Source: a bacterium (GTDB lineage Bacteria; Zhuqueibacterota; Zhuqueibacteria; Oceanimicrobiales; Oceanimicrobiaceae). From it: a stretch of 18,985 nucleotides of DNA. Made by a program: the position numbers and the translations under genes. The stretch is taken from the NCBI GenBank assembly GCA_046757165.1, contig JBHHXT010000088.1, positions 1-18,985 of the forward strand, in the 5' to 3' direction. Position 1 is the stretch's first letter; each line of letters opens with the position of its first letter. The notes under the pieces were generated by a model. It saw only the letters and a program-made list of their open reading frames with translations. It searched no databases and had not been told where the DNA came from. Below are positions 8,626 to 16,392 of the stretch, piece by piece.

Positions 8626-8654
8626 AATATAGTCAAAATCCCCTGGGATGTCAA
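8626..8654 (-). promoter_or_regulatory. sigma70-type promoter of the REC-DUF4388 / cbs operon
   Basis: Minus strand reads TTGACA-N17-TATATT, about 47 nt upstream of the ATG at 8578. Confidence 0.8.
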
Positions 8655-8669
8655 GCTAATTTTTCCCCC

Positions 8670-8713
8670 AAAAACAAAAGGCCAGTGAACAGATGACATG
8701 TAACACTGGCCTT
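8670..8713 (-). terminator. Rho-independent terminator after the anti-sigma-like gene
   Basis: 10-bp inverted repeat AAGGCCAGTG/CACTGGCCTT (8678-8687, 8704-8713) followed on the minus strand by a T-rich tract. Confidence 0.65.
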
Positions 8714-8758
8714 AAGGGAAAGGGATGTTTTATCTAAATTTAGTCCTTTAAATTATTC

Positions 8759-9010
8759 TTAGTTGTTTTGCAGTCCTTTCACTAAGTTGATGATTTGAGT
8801 TGAAATTGGCTTCTGAAGCTCAGCACTTAGAATTTGATGGAAATTCCGCAAATCGTAAAACCGGTTAAAACACTCATGACAAGCGTGAATGTGTGTAGAA
8901 ATTCTAACCTTATCCATTCCCGGTAATCCATCCCGCTGCAACAAGAAGGTCTCAATTTCATCTTCCCCAAGGCACCGCTTAAATCTTCTTTCGTTCAAAT
9001 TATTCACCAT
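8759..9010 (-). CDS. Small soluble zinc-finger anti-sigma-like protein (zf-HC2/ZAS motif)
   Basis: RCL.EDEIETFL....L...DK.RI.THIHACHEC: N-terminal Cys plus HxxxCxxC. ATG at 9010 has AAGG upstream; 83 aa with no TM segment. The longer start at 9184 overlaps the upstream gene. Confidence 0.72.
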   Translation of the reverse strand: MVNNLNERRFKRCLGEDEIETFLLQRDGLPGMDKVRISTHIHACHECFNRFYDLRNFHQILSAELQKPISTQIINLVKGLQNN

Positions 9011-9122
9011 ATGCCTTGCGTTAGCTGCCACCAGTAACGTTTTGGAGTTACTGAAATTTTGACCTATATGTACATACAAACCCTCATGTTTTCGGAAAAT
9101 TATCAAAAAAATGTTTACATGT

Positions 9123-10340
9123 TTACAATAATTCGAGCAAGGATTCTCTAAACCACTTCTTGATGAGCTTACCGAGGTATTCAAAAATGGTTCTTTCCTG
9201 GGTACGATAGGCCCGCTGGCTCAGCTCAGGCATATAGCGTTTTAAATGCTTGAAATAGGAATCATATTTCTTGCCCTGGCTGATGTCATCCAGGATTTCA
9301 GCAAGTGCTTTGTAGTAGATGTCGCCTTTCGTCTCCGAGATCTTGTGGGTACTGACATACTGGTTTTGAATCTTCCTTTTGATCTTTCGCAGAACAGCAT
9401 GTTTTCGCTTTTCAATTTCTTTCAACTTCAGGTCATCTAAAGGAGAAACATCGGTGATCTGGGCGGTCAGACGGTCGCGTGCCATCTCCAGGTTGGTGTG
9501 ACGCATGATTCTCGCCACCATATCGAGGGGCAGAAAGTTCTGGTAGCGCTCGTCCTGCTTTACCACCGCAAGCATCTTGCGAATGCCGGCTGAGACAGGG
9601 TCTTTTGGGCAGTAGACGTTCAGATATTCGCCCTTGAGTGATTTTTCGGGAATCGCTGGTTGTGATTTTCTCAGATAGTCGATCAGGGCACCGTTGCTTA
9701 TGCCATTTCCGTTGTTGGTACCATTGAGGCCTTTCCGGAAGCGCCGGCCATTGGGGCCGTTGCTTTGACCGTTGGTCGGGGTGCCGTTCGTCGGTGCTCC
9801 GACGGTAGAGTCGTCGACGCGCTGCACCTGCAGGTAGCGGGTGTGGCCGTTCGTCCAGTAGATATACTCACGGCCCATTTCCTTGAAGGAGTGAAAATCT
9901 GGCGAGCTTTTGATGGCAACCTTGATGTTGCGGACGATTTTTGCGCCCTCCGGGTCTCTTTCCTTGAAGATGCGCGACAGTTCCTGTTTCGTCTTCTTGA
10001 TGACCAGCCGGCGCAACATGACCAGGATTTCAACCTCATCCAACTCCTGCGGCCGGGCGTCATTCTGCTCGAAGTACTTCTTGAACTGAACAAATTCTCC
10101 TTCGTCATTGCGCATGAACAAACCGGCGACACAATCCAGAGCCAGGTCTTCCAATTCTCCCATGTTCTTGTTTCTTTCCCAGCGAATGTGCTTACCGATC
10201 ACTTCCTGATACTTGAGATAGCTGAGAGAGATTTTTTGGACCAGATTGACGAATTCCGTCAGCTCGGTCTCTTTGTATTGACCCTGGCAAATGCTGCTTA
10301 CGAGATGTGATAACTTGGAGCTTTTCGCAATGGTGTTCAT
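9123..10340 (-). CDS. Hypothetical protein, putative highly divergent ECF/sigma70-like factor
   Basis: 405-aa ORF with RBS AGGGA. Sigma region-2-like segments (ELEDLALDCVAGLF; LRRLVIKKTKQELSR), an ECF-like linker (SPLDDLKLKEIE) and a basic C-terminal helix (YLGKLIKKWFRESL). Sits directly upstream of a ZAS gene. The CDS is well supported; the function is inferred. Confidence 0.55.
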   Translation of the reverse strand: MNTIAKSSKLSHLVSSICQGQYKETELTEFVNLVQKISLSYLKYQEVIGKHIRWERNKNMGELEDLALDCVAGLFMRNDEGEFVQFKKYFEQNDARPQELDEVEILVMLRRLVIKKTKQELSRIFKERDPEGAKIVRNIKVAIKSSPDFHSFKEMGREYIYWTNGHTRYLQVQRVDDSTVGAPTNGTPTNGQSNGPNGRRFRKGLNGTNNGNGISNGALIDYLRKSQPAIPEKSLKGEYLNVYCPKDPVSAGIRKMLAVVKQDERYQNFLPLDMVARIMRHTNLEMARDRLTAQITDVSPLDDLKLKEIEKRKHAVLRKIKRKIQNQYVSTHKISETKGDIYYKALAEILDDISQGKKYDSYFKHLKRYMPELSQRAYRTQERTIFEYLGKLIKKWFRESLLELL

Positions 10341-10379
10341 AGTGTCCCTTTTCCCTTTTTAGTGTGACACTCCCTTTTA

Positions 10380-10396
10380 AGCAAAATCTATACCAG
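10380..10396 (-). promoter_or_regulatory. sigma54 (-24/-12) promoter
   Basis: Minus strand CTGGTATAGATTTTGCT = TGG-N8-TTGC with exact GG-N10-GC spacing, about 40 nt upstream of the ATG at 10340 and adjacent to a sigma54 activator gene. Confidence 0.8.
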
Positions 10397-10505
10397 TGAA
10401 GTGATAGAGATCCGTACTTATTCCCGCCAATACCTACGTTATTTCGTTATCCGGTTTAGAAACGATCAGGGTGAGAAGAGAAACATGTGTAGCGGTGATA
10501 CAGAT

Positions 10506-10520
10506 GTCTCATGCTGAGAC
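10506..10520. promoter_or_regulatory. Candidate upstream activator sequence (bEBP binding site)
   Basis: Perfect palindrome GTCTCA-TGC-TGAGAC about 110 bp upstream of the -24 element, a typical enhancer distance. An imperfect palindrome TGTAGC-GGT-GATACA lies next to it (10488-10502). Confidence 0.55.
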
Positions 10521-10532
10521 TAAGACTAAGCG

Positions 10533-10560
10533 AAAAAGCCACAGTAAAAACTACTGTGGC
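10533..10560 (-). terminator. Rho-independent terminator of the NtrC-family gene
   Basis: 9-bp stem GCCACAGTA/TACTGTGGC with a 5-nt loop, followed by TTTTT on the minus strand, 33 nt after the stop. Confidence 0.8.
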
Positions 10561-10593
10561 CAGCTCGGTTTTAAGCGGTGTTAACAGGATGAG

Positions 10594-11979
10594 CTACTTT
10601 AGCATGGGCAAGCCATACTTCTTTGCTTTGCGATAGATCGTAGCACGACCGATGCCCAGCTTCTTGGCGGTCTGAGAAATGTTTCCTTCACATTCGAGCA
10701 GGGCCTGCCGCAACGCATCTTCCTCGAGTTTTTCGATCCAGTTCGAGAGTTTGTTGTCAGATTCGAAGATTTTTTTCTCACCGATCGACCGCACCGAGGC
10801 AGGCAGATCGTTGACTCTTATCTCAGGCGGGGTTGCCAAAACCACGGCGCGTTCAAGCGCATTTTCCAGCTCGCGAACGTTGCCGGGCCACTGGCAGGCC
10901 ATGAGAAGCTCGAGCGCATCCGGCGAAATCGAGTCGAGTCCCTCCTTGCCCTCCTGCCCGGCGTACTTTTTGAGAAAATGGGCAGACAGCAGCGGGATAT
11001 CCTCTTTGCGGTCGCGCAGCGGCGGCATTTTTATCGGAAAGACCGAGATGCGGTAGTAGAGGTCTTTGCGGAATTTCTCTTCCTTGACCAATTGCTCCAG
11101 AACTTTATTGGTTGCGGAAATGATTCGAGTGTTGACCTTGATCAGCTCATTGCCGCCGACACGTTCGAACTCACGCTCCTGCAGGACGCGCAGCACCTTT
11201 GCTTGCGTCGCGGGCGCCATGTCGCCGATTTCATCGAGGAAAATGGTGCCGTTACTTGCCTGCTCGAACTTGCCGATACGCCTGCCTGTGGCGCCGGTAA
11301 AGGAGCCCTTCTCGTGGCCGAACAACTCGCTTTCCAACAGAGACTCTGGTAAAGCACTGCAGTTGACCGCCACAAACGCGAAGTTGGCGCGCTGTTTATT
11401 GTGGTAGTGGATGGCCTTGGCGATCAGCTCCTTGCCCGTGCCGCTCTCCCCTTGAATCATGACCGTGACGCTGCTATTGATCACTTTTTCAAGCGAGCGA
11501 AAGACCTCCTGCATGACGCCACTCTGGCCGATGATGTTCTTGAATTGATACCTGTCTTTCAACTCCCGTTTGAGATGGTCGACCTCTTTGCGCAGGGAGG
11601 AATTCACCAGGGCATTGCGAACGGTCACCACCAAACGGTCGCTGGCAAAGGGTTTGGTGATGAAATCATAAGCCCCTTGTTTCATCGACTCGACCGCTTT
11701 TTCAATGGTGCCGTGCGCCGACATCATCACAACCGGGATGAGGGGCTCGAGCTCCTTGATGCGCTTGAGCGTTTCGATGCCATCAATCCCGGGCATTTGG
11801 ATGTCCATCAAAACCAGATCAGGCATGGACTCTCGCAGGCATTTCAGGCAGGCCTCGCCGTTGGTCGCACTCCTGATCTCGTAGGTTTTCTCCTTGCGCA
11901 AATTGATTTCAATCATCTTGAGAATATTCCTGTCATCATCAACCACCAGGATCGATTGTTTTGGCGCTCTTACGCTCAC
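10594..11979 (-). CDS. sigma54-dependent response regulator (NtrC/AtoC/ZraR family: REC-AAA+-Fis HTH)
   Basis: REC with intact DD/D/K (VVDDD, LMDIQMP, ITKP), Walker A GESGTGKE, ESELFGHEKGSFTGA, FLDEIGD, WPGNVRELEN and HTH NISQTAKKLGIGRATIYRK. GTG start with GGAG RBS. Confidence 0.96.
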   Translation of the reverse strand: MSVRAPKQSILVVDDDRNILKMIEINLRKEKTYEIRSATNGEACLKCLRESMPDLVLMDIQMPGIDGIETLKRIKELEPLIPVVMMSAHGTIEKAVESMKQGAYDFITKPFASDRLVVTVRNALVNSSLRKEVDHLKRELKDRYQFKNIIGQSGVMQEVFRSLEKVINSSVTVMIQGESGTGKELIAKAIHYHNKQRANFAFVAVNCSALPESLLESELFGHEKGSFTGATGRRIGKFEQASNGTIFLDEIGDMAPATQAKVLRVLQEREFERVGGNELIKVNTRIISATNKVLEQLVKEEKFRKDLYYRISVFPIKMPPLRDRKEDIPLLSAHFLKKYAGQEGKEGLDSISPDALELLMACQWPGNVRELENALERAVVLATPPEIRVNDLPASVRSIGEKKIFESDNKLSNWIEKLEEDALRQALLECEGNISQTAKKLGIGRATIYRKAKKYGLPMLK

Positions 11980-12058
11980 GTTATCTCTCCGTTCAACGTA
12001 GTAAATTCAAGAATAGGAATCTTGGACTGTTGAATCAAGCCAAAATAAGAAAGTGCCA

Positions 12059-13033
12059 TCAAAGTTTCAAGATTTTTTTATCGGTTCGCGATTCCGTCTG
12101 CTCGATCTGGCGCATGATTTCCTGCGCCAAAGCCAGGGCCTCGAGTCCATTTAAACCATCTACTTCAGGTCTTGCGGAATTGCGGACGCAGCCCAAAAAC
12201 GCCTCGAGCTCTACTTGCAAGAGATTTTGCTCTCCGGCGTGCGCGTGTTGTGCGGCACTGAGGGCGACCAAATGGCGGGGCTGCGAGCGGCCATTGAGGC
12301 TGAATTTCGTCGCCCGTCTGCTCAAGAAATCGAGGCGAAAACCGGAATCTCTTTGAAAGATGTCCATCTGGCGCACCTTGCTCTCGGCCACCCTGCTGGC
12401 CGTCACGTTCGCAACGCAGCCATTTTCGAACTCAATGCGCGCGTTGGCGAAATCCGTGCCTGGCGAGCAAACCGTCAAACCGGTAGCGACGATGTTGGCA
12501 TGCGGGCTGGCAACGACAGTCTGCAGCAGGTCCAGGTCATGAATCATCAGATCGAGAACCACGGAAATGTCACTGCTGCGCGCAGAAAACGGCGCCAACC
12601 GCCGGCACTCGACGTACAGGGGCTCGAGTGGTTCGCCCCTCAGCACTCGAAACGCAGGATTGAACCGTTCAATATGGCCCACCTGCAAAACCAGCCCCTG
12701 TCTTTCGGCCAGCTCAACCAGCGTCCGGGCCTCCGCCACCGTGGTACAAATAGGCTTTTCCACGAAAACATGCACACCCTTCGACAAAGCCAGATGTGTG
12801 ATTTCGAAATGCTGCGGCGTTGAGGCCGTGACCACCAGCGCCTCGATTTGCTCGAGCAGCGCTGGCAGATTCTCAAACTCTCTTGTGCCGTAGTCCTGCG
12901 CGCTCCTGCCACATCGGTTGACATGGATGTCATGCAACCCGACCAGCGCAACCTCCGGCATCTCAGCCAGAAGCTGGCAATGATTCTTGCCCCAGGTCCC
13001 GATGCCAATCTGGCCCACTTTGATCTTCAGCAA
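12059..13033 (-). CDS. Gfo/Idh/MocA-family NAD(P)-dependent oxidoreductase (GnnA-like)
   Basis: GIGTWG Rossmann motif, HVFVEKP, QVGHIERFNPA, DLMIHDLD and ANVTASR. TTG start with GAGGAG RBS. Confidence 0.9.
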   Translation of the reverse strand: MLKIKVGQIGIGTWGKNHCQLLAEMPEVALVGLHDIHVNRCGRSAQDYGTREFENLPALLEQIEALVVTASTPQHFEITHLALSKGVHVFVEKPICTTVAEARTLVELAERQGLVLQVGHIERFNPAFRVLRGEPLEPLYVECRRLAPFSARSSDISVVLDLMIHDLDLLQTVVASPHANIVATGLTVCSPGTDFANARIEFENGCVANVTASRVAESKVRQMDIFQRDSGFRLDFLSRRATKFSLNGRSQPRHLVALSAAQHAHAGEQNLLQVELEAFLGCVRNSARPEVDGLNGLEALALAQEIMRQIEQTESRTDKKILKL

Positions 13034-13091
13034 TGGTGCTCCTCAACTGACTTATTAGTGACGCGTGCATTCAACATTCCCGAACAAGTGC

Positions 13092-13120
13092 AACATATGC
13101 ATTTGCTGGCCGAGATTCAA
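13092..13120 (-). promoter_or_regulatory. Possible sigma70 promoter for the oxidoreductase/NtrC unit
   Basis: Minus strand TTGAAT-N17-TATGTT in the divergent intergenic region. Confidence 0.45.
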
Positions 13121-13143
13121 ACGTTTTTTCTCGTTCAAATATC

Positions 13144-13172
13144 TTGACTCAAATTTGCTGAAAGCGTATATT
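13144..13172 (+). promoter_or_regulatory. sigma70 promoter of the HEAT-cyclophilin gene
   Basis: TTGACT-N17-TATATT, ending 7 nt before ATG 13180. Confidence 0.75.
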
Positions 13173-13179
13173 GTTCGCT

Positions 13180-15165
13180 ATGAACAGGCCGATTGCTTTC
13201 CTACTAATAGGCTTCATCTCGACCGGTTGCATAAGAAACGAGCCTGAATTCGAGCAGATTCTGGCTGTGGAAGCTCAGCGCGAATCGTGCGCGCAGCTCA
13301 TCCGGTTCCTGGACGACCCGGAGCCACGCATTCGCACGCGTGCGGTGCAAGCGATGGCCAGGCTTCAGGATTCGACCTGCGTCGAGCATATCATCCGCAT
13401 GCTTCGCGACGTCAACCACAATGTCAGACTGCAGGCTGCTTTCGCCCTGGGACAGATCGCCACGCCGTCTGCCGAGGCGTCACTCATCGCCCGTTTGCGT
13501 GCAAATGATCTGACTACGGTCAAAATCTGTGTGCTCGAGGCTCTGGGAAAGCTTGGGTGTGAGCGAACGTTTCCCTCTCTTTTTTCGCTTTTCAAATCTT
13601 ATGACAGCGACCTGCGCGCTGCGGCCGCCCTGGCCGCGGGCCGAATGGCAACGCGAGGGCTTCGCAATCAGGCCTTGACCGACTCGCTAACCCTGCTTCT
13701 CAAGGACGAGGATGCAGAGGTGCGCTGGCGAGCGGCCTATTCACTCATGCGCATCGGCCATGACCTGGACCCCCAGAGTCTCCTGGCAGCGGCCAAAGAG
13801 GAGGATGCGCGTGTTAGAATGTACGCCATCCGGGCCCTCGCCAACCTGAGGGATTACGCCTTCCTGGAGCAGCTTGGAGAACGGCTCCACAATGACCGTG
13901 ATTGGCGTGTCAGAGTTCAGGCAGCCAAAGGGCTCGGCAACTTCCCACTCAGCTTGAGCGCCAACTACCTCTCCCTGCTAGACCAAATCCAGCCTGTGCG
14001 CCTCGCCATCATTCAGGCCATCGGGGCCAGCGCCTTGCTCGAGCCCGAGGGGTACCGGCCGAATAGCCGCGAGCACAACTATGCCAAAACACAGGTGGAA
14101 CAGCTTTTGGCCGGCACCAATGGCGACGCCCACTGGACCGTGCCCGAGAGGGGATTTGCGCTCATTTCTTATGCCAAACTGTTGAAAGAAAAAGGTATTC
14201 CGGCGATTCTGAAGTTCACCAGCCATGAGAATGAGCGGCTCAGGGCGCGGGCCATGACCGCCCTCGGCGAAACCGGCGCACCGCAAGTGGTTCGGACCCT
14301 GATGGCGGATTATCACGATGCCCCAACCATCGTGAAAATCGCTATTCTGGAAGCCCTCGACAAAATTGATGACCCGTCAATTAGCGAAGTCTACGCGAAA
14401 GCGTTGCAGGAAATCGACGCCGTCCTGGTCGCGCTGGCGGCGCAGGGGTTGAGCGCGGATTCCTTGCGCAACCGCATCTACTCCAAGCGCATTGTGGAAG
14501 CCTATCAAAACCTGCCGCAGCCTGCTGACCTCGAAAGTGTGCTGATGATTTTCAAGGCGATGGCGAAATTCCAGGAGCATGATGCTGTCCCGGTGCTGGA
14601 AGAAGCGCTGAAGACTGGTGGTAAAGTGGTCTCCGCCGCAGCGGCTGCCGCGCTTACCCACATCACCGGGGACCAGCATGCAATCAAAGTCGGCGCTCAT
14701 GAAGCGAGAGAATACGATTACAGCGAAATTTTCGCTCTGGAGAATGCACGAGCCGTCATGCACACGGTCCGGGGCGAGGTGGAGATCGAGCTGTTTGCGA
14801 AGGAGGCGCCGGTCACCGTCTTGAACTTCGTCAGGCTGGCGGAGCAAGATTTCTTCAACGATCTGACATTCCATCGCGTGGTTCCCAATTATGTCATTCA
14901 GGGGGGCGACCCCCGGGGCGACGGCTGGGGATCGCCTGGCTATGCTATCCACTCGGAATTCAACACCCACCCATATGTGCGCGGAACCGTGGGCATGGCC
15001 AGCGCCGGCAAAGATACCGAAGGGTGCCAGTTTTTCATCACACACTCGCCCCAGCCACATCTGGACGGCCGCTACACCGCATTCGGACAAGTGACCTCCG
15101 GGATGGAGGTCGTCGACGCCATTCAGGAAGGGGACCGGATAGAGACCATCGCGATTCGGAGATGA
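13180..15165 (+). CDS. Lipoprotein with HEAT repeats and C-terminal cyclophilin-type peptidyl-prolyl isomerase
   Basis: Signal peptide ending ISTG-C. Multiple HEAT/PBS-lyase repeats (D.EPRIRTRAVQAM, D..HNVRLQAAFALG, D.DAEVRWRAAYSL, D.DWRVRVQAAKGLG). Cyclophilin motifs FHRVVPNYVIQGGDP, GTVGMASAGKDT.G.QFFI and HLDGRYTAFGQV. Confidence 0.93.
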   Translation: MNRPIAFLLIGFISTGCIRNEPEFEQILAVEAQRESCAQLIRFLDDPEPRIRTRAVQAMARLQDSTCVEHIIRMLRDVNHNVRLQAAFALGQIATPSAEASLIARLRANDLTTVKICVLEALGKLGCERTFPSLFSLFKSYDSDLRAAAALAAGRMATRGLRNQALTDSLTLLLKDEDAEVRWRAAYSLMRIGHDLDPQSLLAAAKEEDARVRMYAIRALANLRDYAFLEQLGERLHNDRDWRVRVQAAKGLGNFPLSLSANYLSLLDQIQPVRLAIIQAIGASALLEPEGYRPNSREHNYAKTQVEQLLAGTNGDAHWTVPERGFALISYAKLLKEKGIPAILKFTSHENERLRARAMTALGETGAPQVVRTLMADYHDAPTIVKIAILEALDKIDDPSISEVYAKALQEIDAVLVALAAQGLSADSLRNRIYSKRIVEAYQNLPQPADLESVLMIFKAMAKFQEHDAVPVLEEALKTGGKVVSAAAAAALTHITGDQHAIKVGAHEAREYDYSEIFALENARAVMHTVRGEVEIELFAKEAPVTVLNFVRLAEQDFFNDLTFHRVVPNYVIQGGDPRGDGWGSPGYAIHSEFNTHPYVRGTVGMASAGKDTEGCQFFITHSPQPHLDGRYTAFGQVTSGMEVVDAIQEGDRIETIAIRR

Positions 15166-15173
15166 GTGCCATT

Positions 15174-15243
15174 ACGTGAAACGTGAAACGGCAAACGTGA
15201 AAATGCAAGCGGCAAAGGGAAGTGGTGAGATGTGAAACGTGAG
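15174..15243 (+). repeat. Degenerate heptamer tandem repeat (consensus ACGTGAA, 10 units)
   Basis: acgtgaa acgtgaa acggcaa acgtgaa aatgcaa gcggcaa agggaag tggtgag atgtgaa acgtgag in an unbroken 7-nt register. Confidence 0.8.
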
Positions 15244-15324
15244 ATGGGCCTCCCCATTGCTGCCAACGCGGGAGATGGCACGCTTGACTGGATATCCCCC
15301 AAAGAATGGAGAAATAGTGGTCCG

Positions 15325-15362
15325 ACACAGTTTGCAACTGTGTGGTTCGTTTTTGACTTTTT
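15325..15362 (+). terminator. Possible terminator or operator palindrome
   Basis: ACACAGTT-TGC-AACTGTGT perfect 8-bp inverted repeat followed, after a short gap, by T-rich sequence. Confidence 0.4.
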
Positions 15363-15503
15363 GGCCCGCCCCGATAATTCAGCCTCAAAGAGACATCCAC
15401 CTGGTTATGTTTCCAAAGAGTTTTTGCGAAGAGAATTATGTCATCGTTGTTGCAAGAGACTGCTAGAGTCGACGGTGACGACACCAGAACGGCAGGAGGC
15501 AAA

Positions 15504-16325
15504 ATGCAACCATTCATTCACGTCTCTACGCTTCTGTTTCTAAACGTGATCCTCTTTTTCAGTTGTACCCGGAAAGAGACTCCGGCGCCCGGCGACGCCA
15601 GCGGCTTTGAGGCGTCAAGATCCGACCCCCGCGCTCTGGAAATCGTCGCACAGATGTGGCAGGCGCTCGACGGGCGGGAGAGCTGGGAAAAAGCCAACTT
15701 CCTGAGCTTTCGCTGGGTGGTAGAACGGGATGGCAAAGATGTGGCGGATTTTCGCCATGATTGGGATCGAGCCGGCCATCGCTATCGCGTCGAGGGCCGC
15801 AATCGCCAGGGGCAACACTTCGTGGTTATTTTCGATATCCGAACGAAGCATGGCGAGGTCTATCTGGACGGCAAGCGTGTGGATGTTGACTCGACAACAA
15901 GCAAGATGGTTGACATGGCGTACCGCCGGTACATCAATGATAGCTACTGGTTTGTCATGCCCTACAAGCTCACGGACCCTGGCGTCATTTTGAACTATGA
16001 TGGCGAGCAGGAAGGCGATGGGAAGATGTACGATGTGCTGAACCTCACCTTCGACAATGTTGGTCTGACACCAGACGATACCTACTGGCTGTACGTCGAC
16101 AGAGACGACCACCTGATAAAAAAATGGCAGTACCACCTGCAAGGTTGGGAGACGGACGCTGAGCGTTCAGGATCTTCCTGGGAAGATTGGCAAGAGGTCA
16201 ACGGCCTCAAACTCGCCATGAACAAGGTTTTCAGCAGCGGCAGGGGCCGGATATATTTTAAGGATGTGCGCGTGGCCGAGGCGGCCGATGACGCCATTTT
16301 CCTGAACTCCTCCAGGACGTTCTAG
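15504..16325 (+). CDS. Uncharacterised lipoprotein (beta-rich, possibly LolA-like/DUF6503-like)
   Basis: AGGAGG RBS before ATG 15504. Signal peptide ending LFFS-C. Conserved-looking INDSYWFVMPYKL.DPGV and VGLTP.DTYWLYVD segments. The family assignment is tentative. Confidence 0.75.
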   Translation: MQPFIHVSTLLFLNVILFFSCTRKETPAPGDASGFEASRSDPRALEIVAQMWQALDGRESWEKANFLSFRWVVERDGKDVADFRHDWDRAGHRYRVEGRNRQGQHFVVIFDIRTKHGEVYLDGKRVDVDSTTSKMVDMAYRRYINDSYWFVMPYKLTDPGVILNYDGEQEGDGKMYDVLNLTFDNVGLTPDDTYWLYVDRDDHLIKKWQYHLQGWETDAERSGSSWEDWQEVNGLKLAMNKVFSSGRGRIYFKDVRVAEAADDAIFLNSSRTF

Positions 16326-16392
16326 CCTGGAAAATTCATGAACCACGAACCGGCCAGTAGTTCGCTGCAAAGTTTGACCGACGATGATCCCC

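Noticed and set aside
9011..9184. Longer 141-aa version of the ZAS ORF
   Set aside because: It overlaps the upstream gene and crosses an AT-rich regulatory-looking spacer. ATG 9010 has an RBS and places the zinc motif at its usual N-terminal position.
11295..11312. GSFTGA instead of GAFTGA in the activator
   Set aside because: A common functional variant in bEBPs, so not evidence of sigma54 independence.
15174..15243. Possible CRISPR array or coding repeat
   Set aside because: Units are 7 nt with no spacers, there are no cas genes, and no convincing ORF covers the array.
15276..15291. TGGCACG resembling a sigma54 -24 box upstream of the lipoprotein gene
   Set aside because: No GC at the -12 position (GG-N10-TG).
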